Both the position numbers and the translations under genes were made by a program. Shown one piece after another: positions 54,500 to 64,000 of a DNA stretch of 64,000 nt. The stretch's first letter is position 1. Each line of letters begins with the position of its first letter. Source of the DNA: Salisapilia sapeloensis CBS 127946 (Eukaryota; Protista; Oomycota); NCBI GenBank assembly GCA_023334545.1, contig JAADVB010000017.1, positions 62,001 through 126,000 on the forward strand, read 5' to 3'. Below the pieces are notes generated by a model, which was not told the DNA's origin, made no database searches, and worked only from the letters and a program-made list of their open reading frames with translations.

Positions 54500-54865
54500 T
54501 TATTGCTCTTCATCCTGATCGCCTGTGAAGGAGCTCGAGAACTTGACGATCGCACGGCCGATCGCACCAATCCATTCGTCCTTTTGATGCTCGCTGTCGG
54601 CGTACATGTAGTAGGTGCTGTCAGGCGTGGCAATTTCAAAGCAGTGGCGTTTGTTCGTCTTGTCTTCAGCAGACTTGACGGTTAGACAGTCGGCGAGGTC
54701 GATGAGTCCATGCGCAGGTTCTCCTTTTTCTCGACAAAAGTAGAGCTTGTTGCCCTTGAGGACAAAGTAGCGCTTTCGCCACTCTTTTAGCCAGACGCTG
54801 CGCTTTGTAAGTTCTCCTTCATAATCTGGGTGAGAGATATCCACTTGTGAGTAGTCTCCCTCCAT
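54500..54865 (-). CDS. Small single PH-domain protein (plant PH1-like), 121 aa
   Basis: EGELTKRSVWLKEWRKRYFVLKGNKLYF..HGLIDL..TVKSAED..KDEWIGAIG. Confidence 0.9.
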   Translation of the reverse strand: MEGDYSQVDISHPDYEGELTKRSVWLKEWRKRYFVLKGNKLYFCREKGEPAHGLIDLADCLTVKSAEDKTNKRHCFEIATPDSTYYMYADSEHQKDEWIGAIGRAIVKFSSSFTGDQDEEQ

Positions 54866-55253
54866 GCCACACGAAAAGAGAAAGGAGCTCTAGTCGAAGT
54901 ACTCGCTTTGTTTGCTTTGTTTGTTCCACGTCAGTCTCATCATTGGACAAAAAGTAAGTATACAACATACGATTGGATAAAAAGAAGCACACTTGTTTCT
55001 ACGAAAGAAAAAAGAAGACGTATCCATTTGCAATGAAACTATATTCTTTCCAAGACAAAGAAATCAATTTGATGATTACTTGTTAAGTATCCCAATCCTA
55101 AACGACACATTCACCGCACTTAAAGCCACTTGCACGCGTCTCCTTATTTTATATCTAGTTAATGCATTCAACAAGTTCATGACCTAATTTAATAGAACGA
55201 AAAGATCTGCGGCCCTGACGTGCTCACAATTCAAATCGCTACAAGCTACAAAC

Positions 55254-56276
55254 ATGTTTGGTCGTGTCGCTCGTTCCATCTCGCTTCAGAATGCCTTGGC
55301 CATGCGCCAGACGGCTGCCTACAGCAGTGCTGCTGCTGGACGCAAGGTCGCGGTCCTCGGTGCTGCCGGTGGTATCGGTCAGCCCATGTCGCTCCTCCTC
55401 AAGGACTGCGACGACATCTCGCACTTGAGCCTCTTCGACGTCGTGAACACGCCTGGTGTCGCGGCGGATATTGGCCACATCAACAGCCGATCCAAGGTCA
55501 CCGGTCACACCGGCATGGAGAACGCTGGCGCCGCCCTTGAAGGCTGTGATGTCGTTGTTATCCCCGCTGGTGTTCCGCGCAAGCCCGGTATGACGCGTGA
55601 CGATCTCTTCAACACGAACGCCACGATCGTCCAGGACCTGGCCAAGGCCGCCACCGAGTACTGCCCCAAGGCGATGATGCTCATCATCAGTAACCCCGTG
55701 AACTCGACGGTCCCGATCGTCGCCGAGACCTTCAAGAAGGCTGGCGTATACGACCCGAAGCGCTTGTTCGGTGTCACGACGCTCGATGTTGTCCGTGCCA
55801 ACACATTCGTCGGCCAGACCCTCGAGAAGGACCCGAAGGGTATGGATGTCAAGGTCATCGGTGGTCACGCCGGTACGACGATCTTGCCTCTGCTTTCGCA
55901 GGTGGAAGGTGCTTCCTTCTCGGAGGACCAGATCAAGGAGCTGACGCACCGCATCCAATTCGGCGGAGATGAAGTTGTCAAGGCCAAGGACGGTGCCGGA
56001 TCGGCCACGCTCTCGATGGCGTACGCTGGTGCTCGTTTCACGATGCGTCTCTTGGAAGCCATGAACGGCAAGAAGGACGTTGTCGAGTGCTGCTTCACGG
56101 AGAACAACGTGACGGACGCTCCGTTCTTCTCGACGCCGACGACGCTCGGCCCGAACGGTGTGGAACAGGTGCACTCGTTCGGCAAGTTGTCCCCAACGGA
56201 ACAGGAAAACTATGACGCTATGATCGGTGACTTGCAGAAGCAGATCCAGAAGGGTCTGGACTTTGCCAACAACTAA
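55254..56276 (+). CDS. MDH2: Malate dehydrogenase, mitochondrial
   Basis: Presequence, then KVAVLGAAGGIGQP, AGVPRKPGMTRDDLFNTNA, IISNPVNSTVP and GGHAG. Strongly C/G-ending codon bias, consistent with high expression. Confidence 0.97.
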   Translation: MFGRVARSISLQNALAMRQTAAYSSAAAGRKVAVLGAAGGIGQPMSLLLKDCDDISHLSLFDVVNTPGVAADIGHINSRSKVTGHTGMENAGAALEGCDVVVIPAGVPRKPGMTRDDLFNTNATIVQDLAKAATEYCPKAMMLIISNPVNSTVPIVAETFKKAGVYDPKRLFGVTTLDVVRANTFVGQTLEKDPKGMDVKVIGGHAGTTILPLLSQVEGASFSEDQIKELTHRIQFGGDEVVKAKDGAGSATLSMAYAGARFTMRLLEAMNGKKDVVECCFTENNVTDAPFFSTPTTLGPNGVEQVHSFGKLSPTEQENYDAMIGDLQKQIQKGLDFANN

Positions 56277-56486
56277 ATTGCGCAGACGTAGATAGTCTTT
56301 CGACACCTTGAGAATGCACCTTTTTTCTTTCTGAAAATCAATACAAAGGGGTATTTGAAAATGTATAGCCTTAGTCTATATTAAGAACAAGATCCATGAA
56401 AAGGATCAACCAAAGAAAAAATATAAAAGGTTTCTTTTTCGTACTTTACTGAAGAGAAACGTTGGCTGGAGATTGGAATAGGAAGC

Positions 56487-58375
56487 ATGGGTACCGAGAA
56501 GGGAAGGAAGGCCTCCCGTCGAGACTCGTGTGACGATGAACATCGGTCGAGTCGGTCGAGACGGTCGAGATCTACTTCTAGATCTTCAAGAAGTCGTCGA
56601 TACCGCTCTCGATCACGTAGTCCGCGACGACATCATCGTAGCAGACACAGTCGGAGTCGCAGTCGGCAACGTCAACGTCGGGACGCGCGTTCTCGCTCGC
56701 GATCTCGCAGCCATCGTTCTCGTAAAAGACATGATGATAGACATTCGAAACATGACCGATCATCATCTAGAACCCATGTCCACAGGTCTCCACGCCACGA
56801 GGATTGTACGCAAGACAAGGAGCCGGAGCTAAAGGATGCGGAGAAGACATTGCCAAAAGATCCAGTGATAGACAAGGCACAGGACCGTAGTGTAGAGTCA
56901 AGTATAGGTGTGGAAGCAAGCGAGAATGATGTAAAAGACGAGCTTCATAGTGAAACGACAAGCAATACCAAGGACACGGCGTCGCCTGCGTCAACAAAGA
57001 TCGAACCGACTACCTCTGTACCATTAGCACAGTCTAAAGTAGATGTGAGTGGGATGAAAGAGGATATTATGAAGGCTCTGGCACAAGCTCGAAGTACTCT
57101 GTCTGCGTTTAAAAAGCCGTCGGAGCCTCCCGTCGAAGCTCCAGCAGAACCTCCTGTACAAAAAACCCCAGCTACAGTAGACGAATTCGATATGTTTGCA
57201 GCAGCTGAATCGAGCAATCTACCTCCACTCCCGTCCGGTCCGGTGAATATGACACAGCACAGTAATGGAGACGATGCGGATGGGTACTATCAACTAACCA
57301 TCGGTGAAGTGTTGAATGGCAAGTACCGTGTCTTGGGCGCAGCAGGTAAAGGCGTTTTCTCGACCGTTCTCAAGTGTGAGCAGATCGCGCCTTGGGATAA
57401 GAAAGGAGATCTGATCGCGGTGAAATTGATTCGGAATAACGAAGTGATGAAAGACGCTGCACAGACAGAGATGAAGATCTTGCAGAAGCTCGCGGAGAAA
57501 GATGTGCAGGATAAGAAACATTGCATTCGACTGCTAGAAACGTTTGAACATCGAGGACACGTCGCTCTTGTCTTTCCGCGATTGAAGATGAACGTACGTG
57601 AAGCTATGCGCAAGTTTGGTGGCAAGAGTGGCATAAGCATCCAAGCTGTGCGTGTTTTTGCCAAGCAACTACTCATCGCTCTCAGTTTATTACAGTCCTG
57701 TCGTATCGTCCATGGTGATATCAAGCCAGATAATATCTTACTAGACGAGACACAGTCCAACGTTCGTCTATGTGACTTTGGTTCGGCGTTTCAAGTCGAT
57801 GAGAAGAACGTCGAGCCGACGCCGTATCTCGTCAGTCGCTTCTATCGTGCACCAGAGATTACGCTCGGTCTTGCATACGATACACCAGTGGATATGTGGT
57901 CGATCGGCTGCTGTCTGTACGAGATGTTTACTGGTCAAGTCCTCTTCCCAGGTAGTACGAACAATGAAATGCTCAAGTACTTTATGTCTCTAAAAGGCAA
58001 AGTCCCTGCGAAGATGATTCGTAAGCATCGAACAGTCTTTGTCGAACAGTTCGAGACGGAGCCACATTTTGATGAAGATTTGGCGTTTTGTAGTCGTGAA
58101 AGTGATCAAATTACAGGTACATCTCCCTCTCTCGAATATCTCAAGAGACAAACATATTAACCAGATAGATTGTAGGCAAACCAGTGCTGCGTGTCCAAAG
58201 TGGTGTAAAAGTGACGATGGATTTGCATGCAAAGTTGATGCAAGCGAAGACTAGTACGGACGATCGGAAGCTCGTGACGGAATTAAAGAGTTTGCTGGAC
58301 AAGATGCTCCATTTAGACCCGATGAAGCGTCTTTCGGTTCGAGATGCCCTCGCACATCCGTTTCTTCGAGGCTAA
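56487..58375 (+). CDS. PRPF4B: PRP4 kinase (CMGC), N-terminal RS domain, 2 exons
   Basis: RS-rich N-terminus; motifs GKGVFSTV, HGDIKPDNILL, LCDFGSA and TPYLVSRFYRAPE. Intron 58117-58175 (59 nt) joins ITG to KPVLR. Confidence 0.93.
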
Positions 58376-58454
58376 TCTCTATGCTTGTAGATCTCGACCG
58401 GATGGAGTACTTACGATAAAACATGCCTCTTGATACTTGACCTTATTCTGTCTT

Positions 58455-59264
58455 TCATTCGCCTCTTGCGTACACGTAGCAGGCATAGAAAAACACGAGC
58501 GTGAAGATCATGCCACCGATGACGATCCAATAGTCCACCGAGTCTCGACGGTCGATCACACGCAGGAGACTGTTGGATAGACCGAGGCGACTCGCAATGT
58601 CCAAGACTTTCGTTCGAACGCCCTAGATCTTTATCAGCACAGTACTAGACATAGCAATAGGTAGAACATACTTTCATCCGAGCACGTTGGTCTCCGAGGT
58701 CTCCTAAGACTGCTCGAGAGAGATCTGATAGCTCAGATACCATGGTGGACGATCGCTGAAGCGACTCGGACTCTTGCATGGCGTACATGGCGCTATTACC
58801 CTCCATGCCCTATCTTTATAGTGAATACTTGTAGCAATGGGACTAGTGGATGGGTGTACATTATGTCGACGGTTGAGCAGAGATTCTCGTTCTCTGGCTT
58901 CGACTGCACGTCTACTGGCGTGAAAAATGTGCTGCTCGAGGGCAGAGCCCATCGTCTGCGTCTCATTTCGGAGTTGATCGACTTTCCTATCGTGCATGTG
59001 AGATGGAGGGTATGTAGGATATGATTGTGCTAGTTACTTGAGCCAGTTTTCCTTCTCACTTGCGATCGGGTGCACATGGACGAGGGAGTCGAGTTGCCAT
59101 ACGAGTTGCTCGAGAGCACTTAAGTTCTCTCGTGCTTCACTTTGTAGCTGCTCGACACTACGTCCGCCTGTACGTCCAGACTCGAGGTAGCTCAGTTGCA
59201 TCTTGAGCTCGAATTGGAGCTTACGAGCTTGAGGATAGAGCGAGCTGAGGGACTGCGTCGACAT
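58455..59264 (-). CDS. GOSR2: Golgi Qb-SNARE membrin/Bos1, 4 exons
   Basis: Exons 59038-59264, 58860-58986, 58672-58809 and 58455-58622 (introns 51, 50 and 49 nt). SNARE motif LGDQRARMKGVRTKVLDIASRLGLSNSLLRVIDRR plus a C-terminal TM helix. Confidence 0.9.
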
Positions 59265-60456
59265 CTTAATACGGTGCTTTCGTGTCGGAGGATGGTGTAA
59301 ATGTCAATGATATAGTGGGATCATACTTTTTCCAAGATCACAGTATCATACAAATGAGAGCAGGAAACCTGTACTTTATTTGGGTTGATGAGGGTAGATC
59401 CATAGACGTAGTGGAATAATATCAAACGGTACGTTTGTACTATGTGTGATCAATCAAGATATCCCAATAGTGTCAGTGTTGTTGGAGGCTTCTTAGTGAC
59501 ATACTTACCGCTATCATGCGATAAGATTGTAGACACTTTGATATGAGGTTCCAGGTTTCCTTATACCAAACGAAAGCGATAAGGATTGCATTCAAGATGG
59601 ACTTTTACGTGAACAAATTCGTATGTATATTCAAAGTAGTGCTTGGAATAGAGGATCGCCTCTACCGAGCCAAATTAGACTCTAGATATCCACCTTGTAG
59701 ATTTCAGATAATATGTTTGAATGGTTACCATAGTAGGTAGCAGCGAATGCCAGGATATGCGGAATTAAAGGTAGAGTACAAGTGATTCCGTTTGTGTCCT
59801 TTTCGCCATTCGCAAGTAGTCTTGTACGTTTTCAAGTCTCAAAGCGAACAAGCGTCTCTACATATAGTCAAAGAAAGCAAATGTGAGCTACGCTTTTCTT
59901 CAGAGCTATAAAATTCTTGATTGAGTGCAAGCAAAGCTTGAAGCACTGTATTCTTCTTTATTCATATCTCCTTATAGTGCACAGTAGTTGATGTTAAGTA
60001 GAGCAGGATCTTGGATGTACATATCAATCGAAAATGGATTTCTTATATACAATTAAAGGTCTATTTCGTAGCGTCTTATCTACCTAATTAACCTTGATAT
60101 CTTGTGTGTGCGTCTATTGAAGTGCTATTGCGGGTGTGTCCCAGCAGCGAAGGTGCTGGCGTACAAAGTGAAAACTAGGATATTAACAATATCGCTATCT
60201 GAAGTAGGCAAAACTGGTGTACTAGCCTGTCAGATGCTGCAGCAAGTTCTTTCATTTTGTACTTGGTAAGATGGAGATAGCTATGTACTAGAAATCAATA
60301 ACAGGTTACTGTCTTCATGATCAACTTGCAGAAAGATAAAACTTGGTATGGCAAGCATATAACATTTGCATCGACTTGAACAGATATGATATTAAACTGT
60401 ATTCCAATATTGAATTGGATGCGTAGCTAAACGTGGCATTGCTATTTATATGAACA

Positions 60457-61738
60457 ATGGGAGCTGCCGCGAGTGATCTCTTTGGCAAATACGCCGATAT
60501 CCAATATGGCTTTTTGGATTATGAGCTCGACTTTGGAGATAGACTGCATATGTCAGCTCAACGTGGTAGGCATCGGATAGTGAGCTTGCTATTGAAGAAT
60601 GGGATGAATCCGAATGCCCCGCGTGTAAAGGATAAAAATGAAAGCTCGAATGGCGATACGCCTTTAATATGTGCCGCAAGGTACGCAAAAATCTTTAAGC
60701 TGTGTTACTTGTGCTGATGGTATATGACAGGGGAACATTACGAAGTCAAGGACAAGAAGGCCATTTGAAGTCGATTAAGAGACTTGTCAAGTTTGGAGCT
60801 GATGTAAACCTGAGCAACTACCTCGGAGAGACACCATTAAATACTTCGTGTCAGCAAGGTCTGATACTAGTGTCTCAATTACTACTTCAGAACGGCGCAG
60901 ACCCGAACAAGTGCTGCAAGGTATCTTACATGGACAAATTGATAGTGTCGCTAAAGCTGAATGCCGGTTGACATAGGCAGGATACTCACCACTACTGTGG
61001 GCTTGCCGGAATCAAAATCTACAGCTAGTGGAACTACTGCTGGAGCATGGAGCCAACGTGTTTCGTATTCCACTTGTTCATAGTACTCTCAAGGTAAGAT
61101 CAACCTTGATGTCGGTAGAAATGCTTATGAGTAACTTTCGGATTTGATCAATGTAGCTACCACCACCACCACACGAACAACTTAATCTAGCTTCACCGCC
61201 TGAAGAGCACGATGGTAAAGTGGATGTGAAATTAGAGCAGACTGGAAATTCTGAAAATAATTTAACAATATCTGAGATCAAGCGGTTGTTGCAGGCAAAA
61301 GAGGATGATGAGGTGAATGCGCGAGCAAAGCTACTAGAAGAAATTCACGAGGCGAAGTGGCTGGAAGAGCAACGAAAATATCGAGAAAAAGAAAAGAATC
61401 GGATTGCAAGACAAATCAAGCAACGACGAGAGAGAAGGGCTCGTTCAAAGTATCATGAATATCTCACGGCAGATGGCCAGATTCGACCACACCTTCTCCA
61501 AAGAAAATCTTTTGATTTGCAGTTCATGATGAATGAAAATGGGAGCAGTCAATTACAAAATAGTAAGCGAATGTTATGGGAAAAGCATGAAAGGAAAGGT
61601 GGAGACACGCGATGGAAACCTAGAGTACTACCTCTTCAGCAAGCTTCTAGCCCGAGACAGCCATTGACCCATGCAGATCAACTTTTGAATGCTTGTGAAA
61701 CGATGATGAAGGAGTTTCGAATAAAGCCGTCGGAATGA
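60457..61738 (+). CDS. Ankyrin-repeat protein with C-terminal coiled coil, 4 exons
   Basis: Introns 60681-60730, 60921-60976 and 61094-61156 join all segments in frame. Ankyrin repeats GDRLHMSAQRG, GDTPLICAAR, GETPLNTSCQQG and GYSPLLWACRNQ. The exact exon-2 acceptor is somewhat uncertain. Confidence 0.8.
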
Positions 61739-61840
61739 AACCAGTCTATTTCAATATCTATGAAACCCCCAGTCTTGTGAAGCTTTCCTATCAGTTGTCG
61801 TTAAGACTTTTATCTTTATCGCTTTCGTACTACGCATCCC

Positions 61841-62783
61841 ATGTCAGCGCTAAATCAAAGCCACCAAGAAGAGGTTTGCATGCATTATTACCATGCTATA
61901 CGACTGAAAAGTATTTAGCTCATATATTGCATAGCTCCACCGCTTCTTAAAGTTCTTTCGTTCGCGATTGAATACACATCTTGGGAACGTCGAAGGTGAC
62001 TTTGAAGATACTCGCTGCGATCGGTACTCTCTACAGTTTATATTACAAGGAAATGATTCTAATGCGTGAACGAAGGCTCTCGTCGGACGATGTCTACAGC
62101 CAAGAGGAGATCAAGGTCGTCTTAACATCCTTGTGCTCCGCAGTTAAAGTATCCGAAGTTGCTATCAAGTGATTGATAAAGGTATTAAGTGATCTTGTAG
62201 TCCAATGTTCGAAGTGAATTGCAAGACACGATTAATATGATGGCCTTGCTCCTTCGCCAAGTCTTTAGTACAGCAGAAGAGAATGTGAGTTTAATCGTTT
62301 CGTACAGCCCAGCTCATACCTGATGAACTTGTACAGAAACTGACATTGGAACTGGACATTGGTACCGTGGAAGATCGAGAGATGCTCGAACGAGTGGAAC
62401 GTTTGAGTGTGTCGGAGTGGGCAGCACAAGGACTATCATCATCAAAGACCAAGACTGTGTCTAACGAGAGAAGCGCGAAACAACGAGAGGATGAGGTTCG
62501 ACTGGCACTGCATACGTCTGAAAAGGAGCAAGAGGAGAAGAACAAAGAGATCAAGAAACTGCGACGTCAGCTTGAGAAATCGCGGGACCGCGTGGCGGAG
62601 CTGGAGAACACGGTTGGCGAGTATCAACAGCACGTGACACAGACGAAGCAATTCCAAGCGCTGAAACAGCTCGTTGCACAGAAGAATGATCAGCTACGAG
62701 ACGCTCGAGCGAGGCTACAGCGTTATGAACGAGACGAAGATGAGAACGATATGGAAGATGACGATGGCAAGAGTAGCGATTAG
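61841..62783 (+). CDS. LZTFL1: LZTFL1 (BBS17)-like BBSome/IFT regulator, 5 exons
   Basis: Exons 61841-61873, 61935-62023, 62076-62148, 62201-62284 and 62337-62783. Product MSALNQSHQEELHRFLKFFRSR..ELQDTINMMALLLRQVFSTAEE..EDREMLERV..LKQLVAQKNDQLRDARARLQRYE matches the LZTFL1 pattern at both ends. Confidence 0.85.
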
Positions 62784-62812
62784 ACCGCAAACGCCTAAAA
62801 AATAGGAGCACA

Positions 62813-63342
62813 ATGTCTTCCTCATTTGTTTGTCTCCTGTATTGAAGGTTCCATTACGGATCTTCTATAGCAGCAGATAACTCTGTATCCACGCCAGCAC
62901 ATATCGATCGTCTCCAGAAAGAGACTGGCGATCGATCGGGAATGGCAGTGGGCTTACAGACCGAGCTTGGTACGACGCCAGTGGCGACGCTTCATGTTGA
63001 ACCTATTCGAGCATATATGTCAATATTGATGCAGTAGGTCGATGATATCGTCAGCACATACTTGATCGTGTTGCCCGTGCGCATACGGATCCACTGAGGA
63101 ACCGGACGGTTCTGCTTAAGCTTCTTGGAGAGAATGCGCTTCGTACGGAAAGTCTTTTGCGACGGCTACAAGAGGAACATGTATTAGACACAGGGGTTCA
63201 CATGTACATTCATCACATGTAGACTACGCACCATGGTGGTCCAGTAAGTGCGACTGAATTGAGGAAGTACTTGGTTTGGATGGACGACAGGTTTTGGCTG
63301 GCGGAGACTGGTTATGCTCTATTTATATGGACCAATCATTAA
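62813..63342 (+). CDS. Tentative small multi-exon gene (~120 aa), uncharacterised
   Basis: Segments 62813-62827, 62871-62969, 63055-63180 and 63223-63342 can be joined in phase 0 by GT-AG introns of 43, 85 and 42 nt. The last two exons read as protein-like. The ATG is only 29 nt after the LZTFL1 stop, so the 5' part is doubtful. Confidence 0.35.
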
Positions 63343-63537
63343 GTGTATATAGTAAAATAGGACGATTGCGGATGTAAATTTATGACAAATGGACTTGTAG
63401 GTTGATGGATTTTTAGCATCAAATCATACCAAGTGGGTTCATTCTCTAGTAGCTCCCATCCCAAGTCCATTGTAGCAAGTCGAACTCTTCCTAGCGTATC
63501 CTGAACTTTGCATATTTCAGTCAGTACTTGGTTTGCC

Positions 63538-64000
63538 ATGCCACACGAGACAGATCACTCGGATGATACACATCAGCCTGATAACGACACTCGGGATGAT
63601 AGCAGTCCACGTACCTATCCATCCGATACAGCGACTACGAATTCCCAGCTTAGTCATAACAAGAGCAGCTCCAACTCTGGTCAATCTTTGCCTCATGAAG
63701 ACTCTTCTCTCTCTCTCTCGAACTCGTTTATTGACGTCGAGCGAGAGCGAGATCGGCCACCAACCTCACAGCCTCGTAAAGCCTCGAGCACCAAGAAACG
63801 CCGTGGGTCTGTGCTTTCTCAAGGCTCGAATAATCTTCGGGATACGTTCTTTGGCGCGAAGAAACCTGATCCATTGGCCACCTCTGCACAGGAAGAGTTT
63901 GATTTAACTGTCATCGATGAACGTGGTGGGATGAGCGAAACGATTGCGCAGATACTAGCTCCAGACTTACGATTCCATCACTGGTCTCGAGCCGGATATA
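63538..64000 (+). CDS. 5' part of a gene running off the window end (disordered N-terminus MPHETDHSDD...)
   Basis: The frame is open from ATG 63538 to the last base (154 codons, no stop). It is absent from the ORF track, presumably because it has no stop in the window. Confidence 0.65.
   Translation, partial: MPHETDHSDDTHQPDNDTRDDSSPRTYPSDTATTNSQLSHNKSSSNSGQSLPHEDSSLSLSNSFIDVERERDRPPTSQPRKASSTKKRRGSVLSQGSNNLRDTFFGAKKPDPLATSAQEEFDLTVIDERGGMSETIAQILAPDLRFHHWSRAGY

Noticed and set aside
54866-55253. Two CCAAT-like (ATTGG) elements and an initiator-like TCACAATT upstream of MDH
   Set aside because: Short motifs are expected by chance in AT-rich DNA; they cannot be supported as regulatory sites without TSS data.
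55239-56306. 355-aa antisense ORF covering MDH
   Set aside because: Shadow frame produced by the strong C/G third-position bias of MDH; the product has no recognisable motif.
63000-63060. In-frame TGA upstream of a protein-like frame, considered as selenocysteine or readthrough (also TGAs near 42280 and 42330)
   Set aside because: No CxxU-type context, other stops (TAA/TGA) lie nearby in frame, no SECIS-like hairpin was evident, and splicing explains the frame more simply.
63339-63539. 66-aa - strand ORF whose ATG overlaps the + strand ATG at 63538 (CATG palindrome)
   Set aside because: Overlapping opposite start codons leave no promoter space. The + frame is much longer and protein-like, so the minus ORF is probably incidental.
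1-64000. tRNA, rRNA, CRISPR arrays, transposons, prophage or operon-type defence systems
   Set aside because: No T-loop/D-loop cloverleaf, rRNA signature, regularly spaced repeats, terminal inverted repeats, or transposase/RT motifs were seen. The DNA is intron-containing eukaryotic sequence. A formal tRNAscan, Infernal or RepeatMasker run was not possible.

Overview
Eukaryotic nuclear DNA, not prokaryotic. It is an extremely compact, gene-dense region with about 36-38 protein-coding genes in 64 kb. Many genes are split by short GT-AG introns; the 36 I could reconstruct by hand are 44-98 nt, mostly 49-69 nt. Gene content points to an oomycete or related stramenopile with a flagellated stage (inference): oomycete-type annexins and GT-B glycosyltransferases, a BT1 transporter, and flagellar/basal-body genes (CFAP92-like, Tctex-1, a Dpy-30-motif protein, centrin, LZTFL1). 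Housekeeping genes include ABCF3, a P2B Ca-ATPase, a mitochondrial Dim1/KsgA methyltransferase, LST8, mitochondrial L35, MDH, PRP4 kinase, membrin and a sphingosine/ceramide kinase. Several genes are largely invisible in the ORF track and were rebuilt from splice sites: a JTB-like protein, membrin, LZTFL1, an ankyrin protein, and the N-terminal Cys/His domain of a candidate transcription factor that depends on a 25-nt micro-exon. The most interesting items are that candidate lineage-specific transcription factor (24432-27383), a ~1600-aa secreted Kelch/Cys-repeat/vWA mosaic protein, a pair of glycosyltransferase paralogs (one apparently catalytically degenerate), and a RING-PX sorting nexin. 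I found no tRNA, rRNA, CRISPR array or transposon. All family assignments come from motif recognition by eye; no database search was run.
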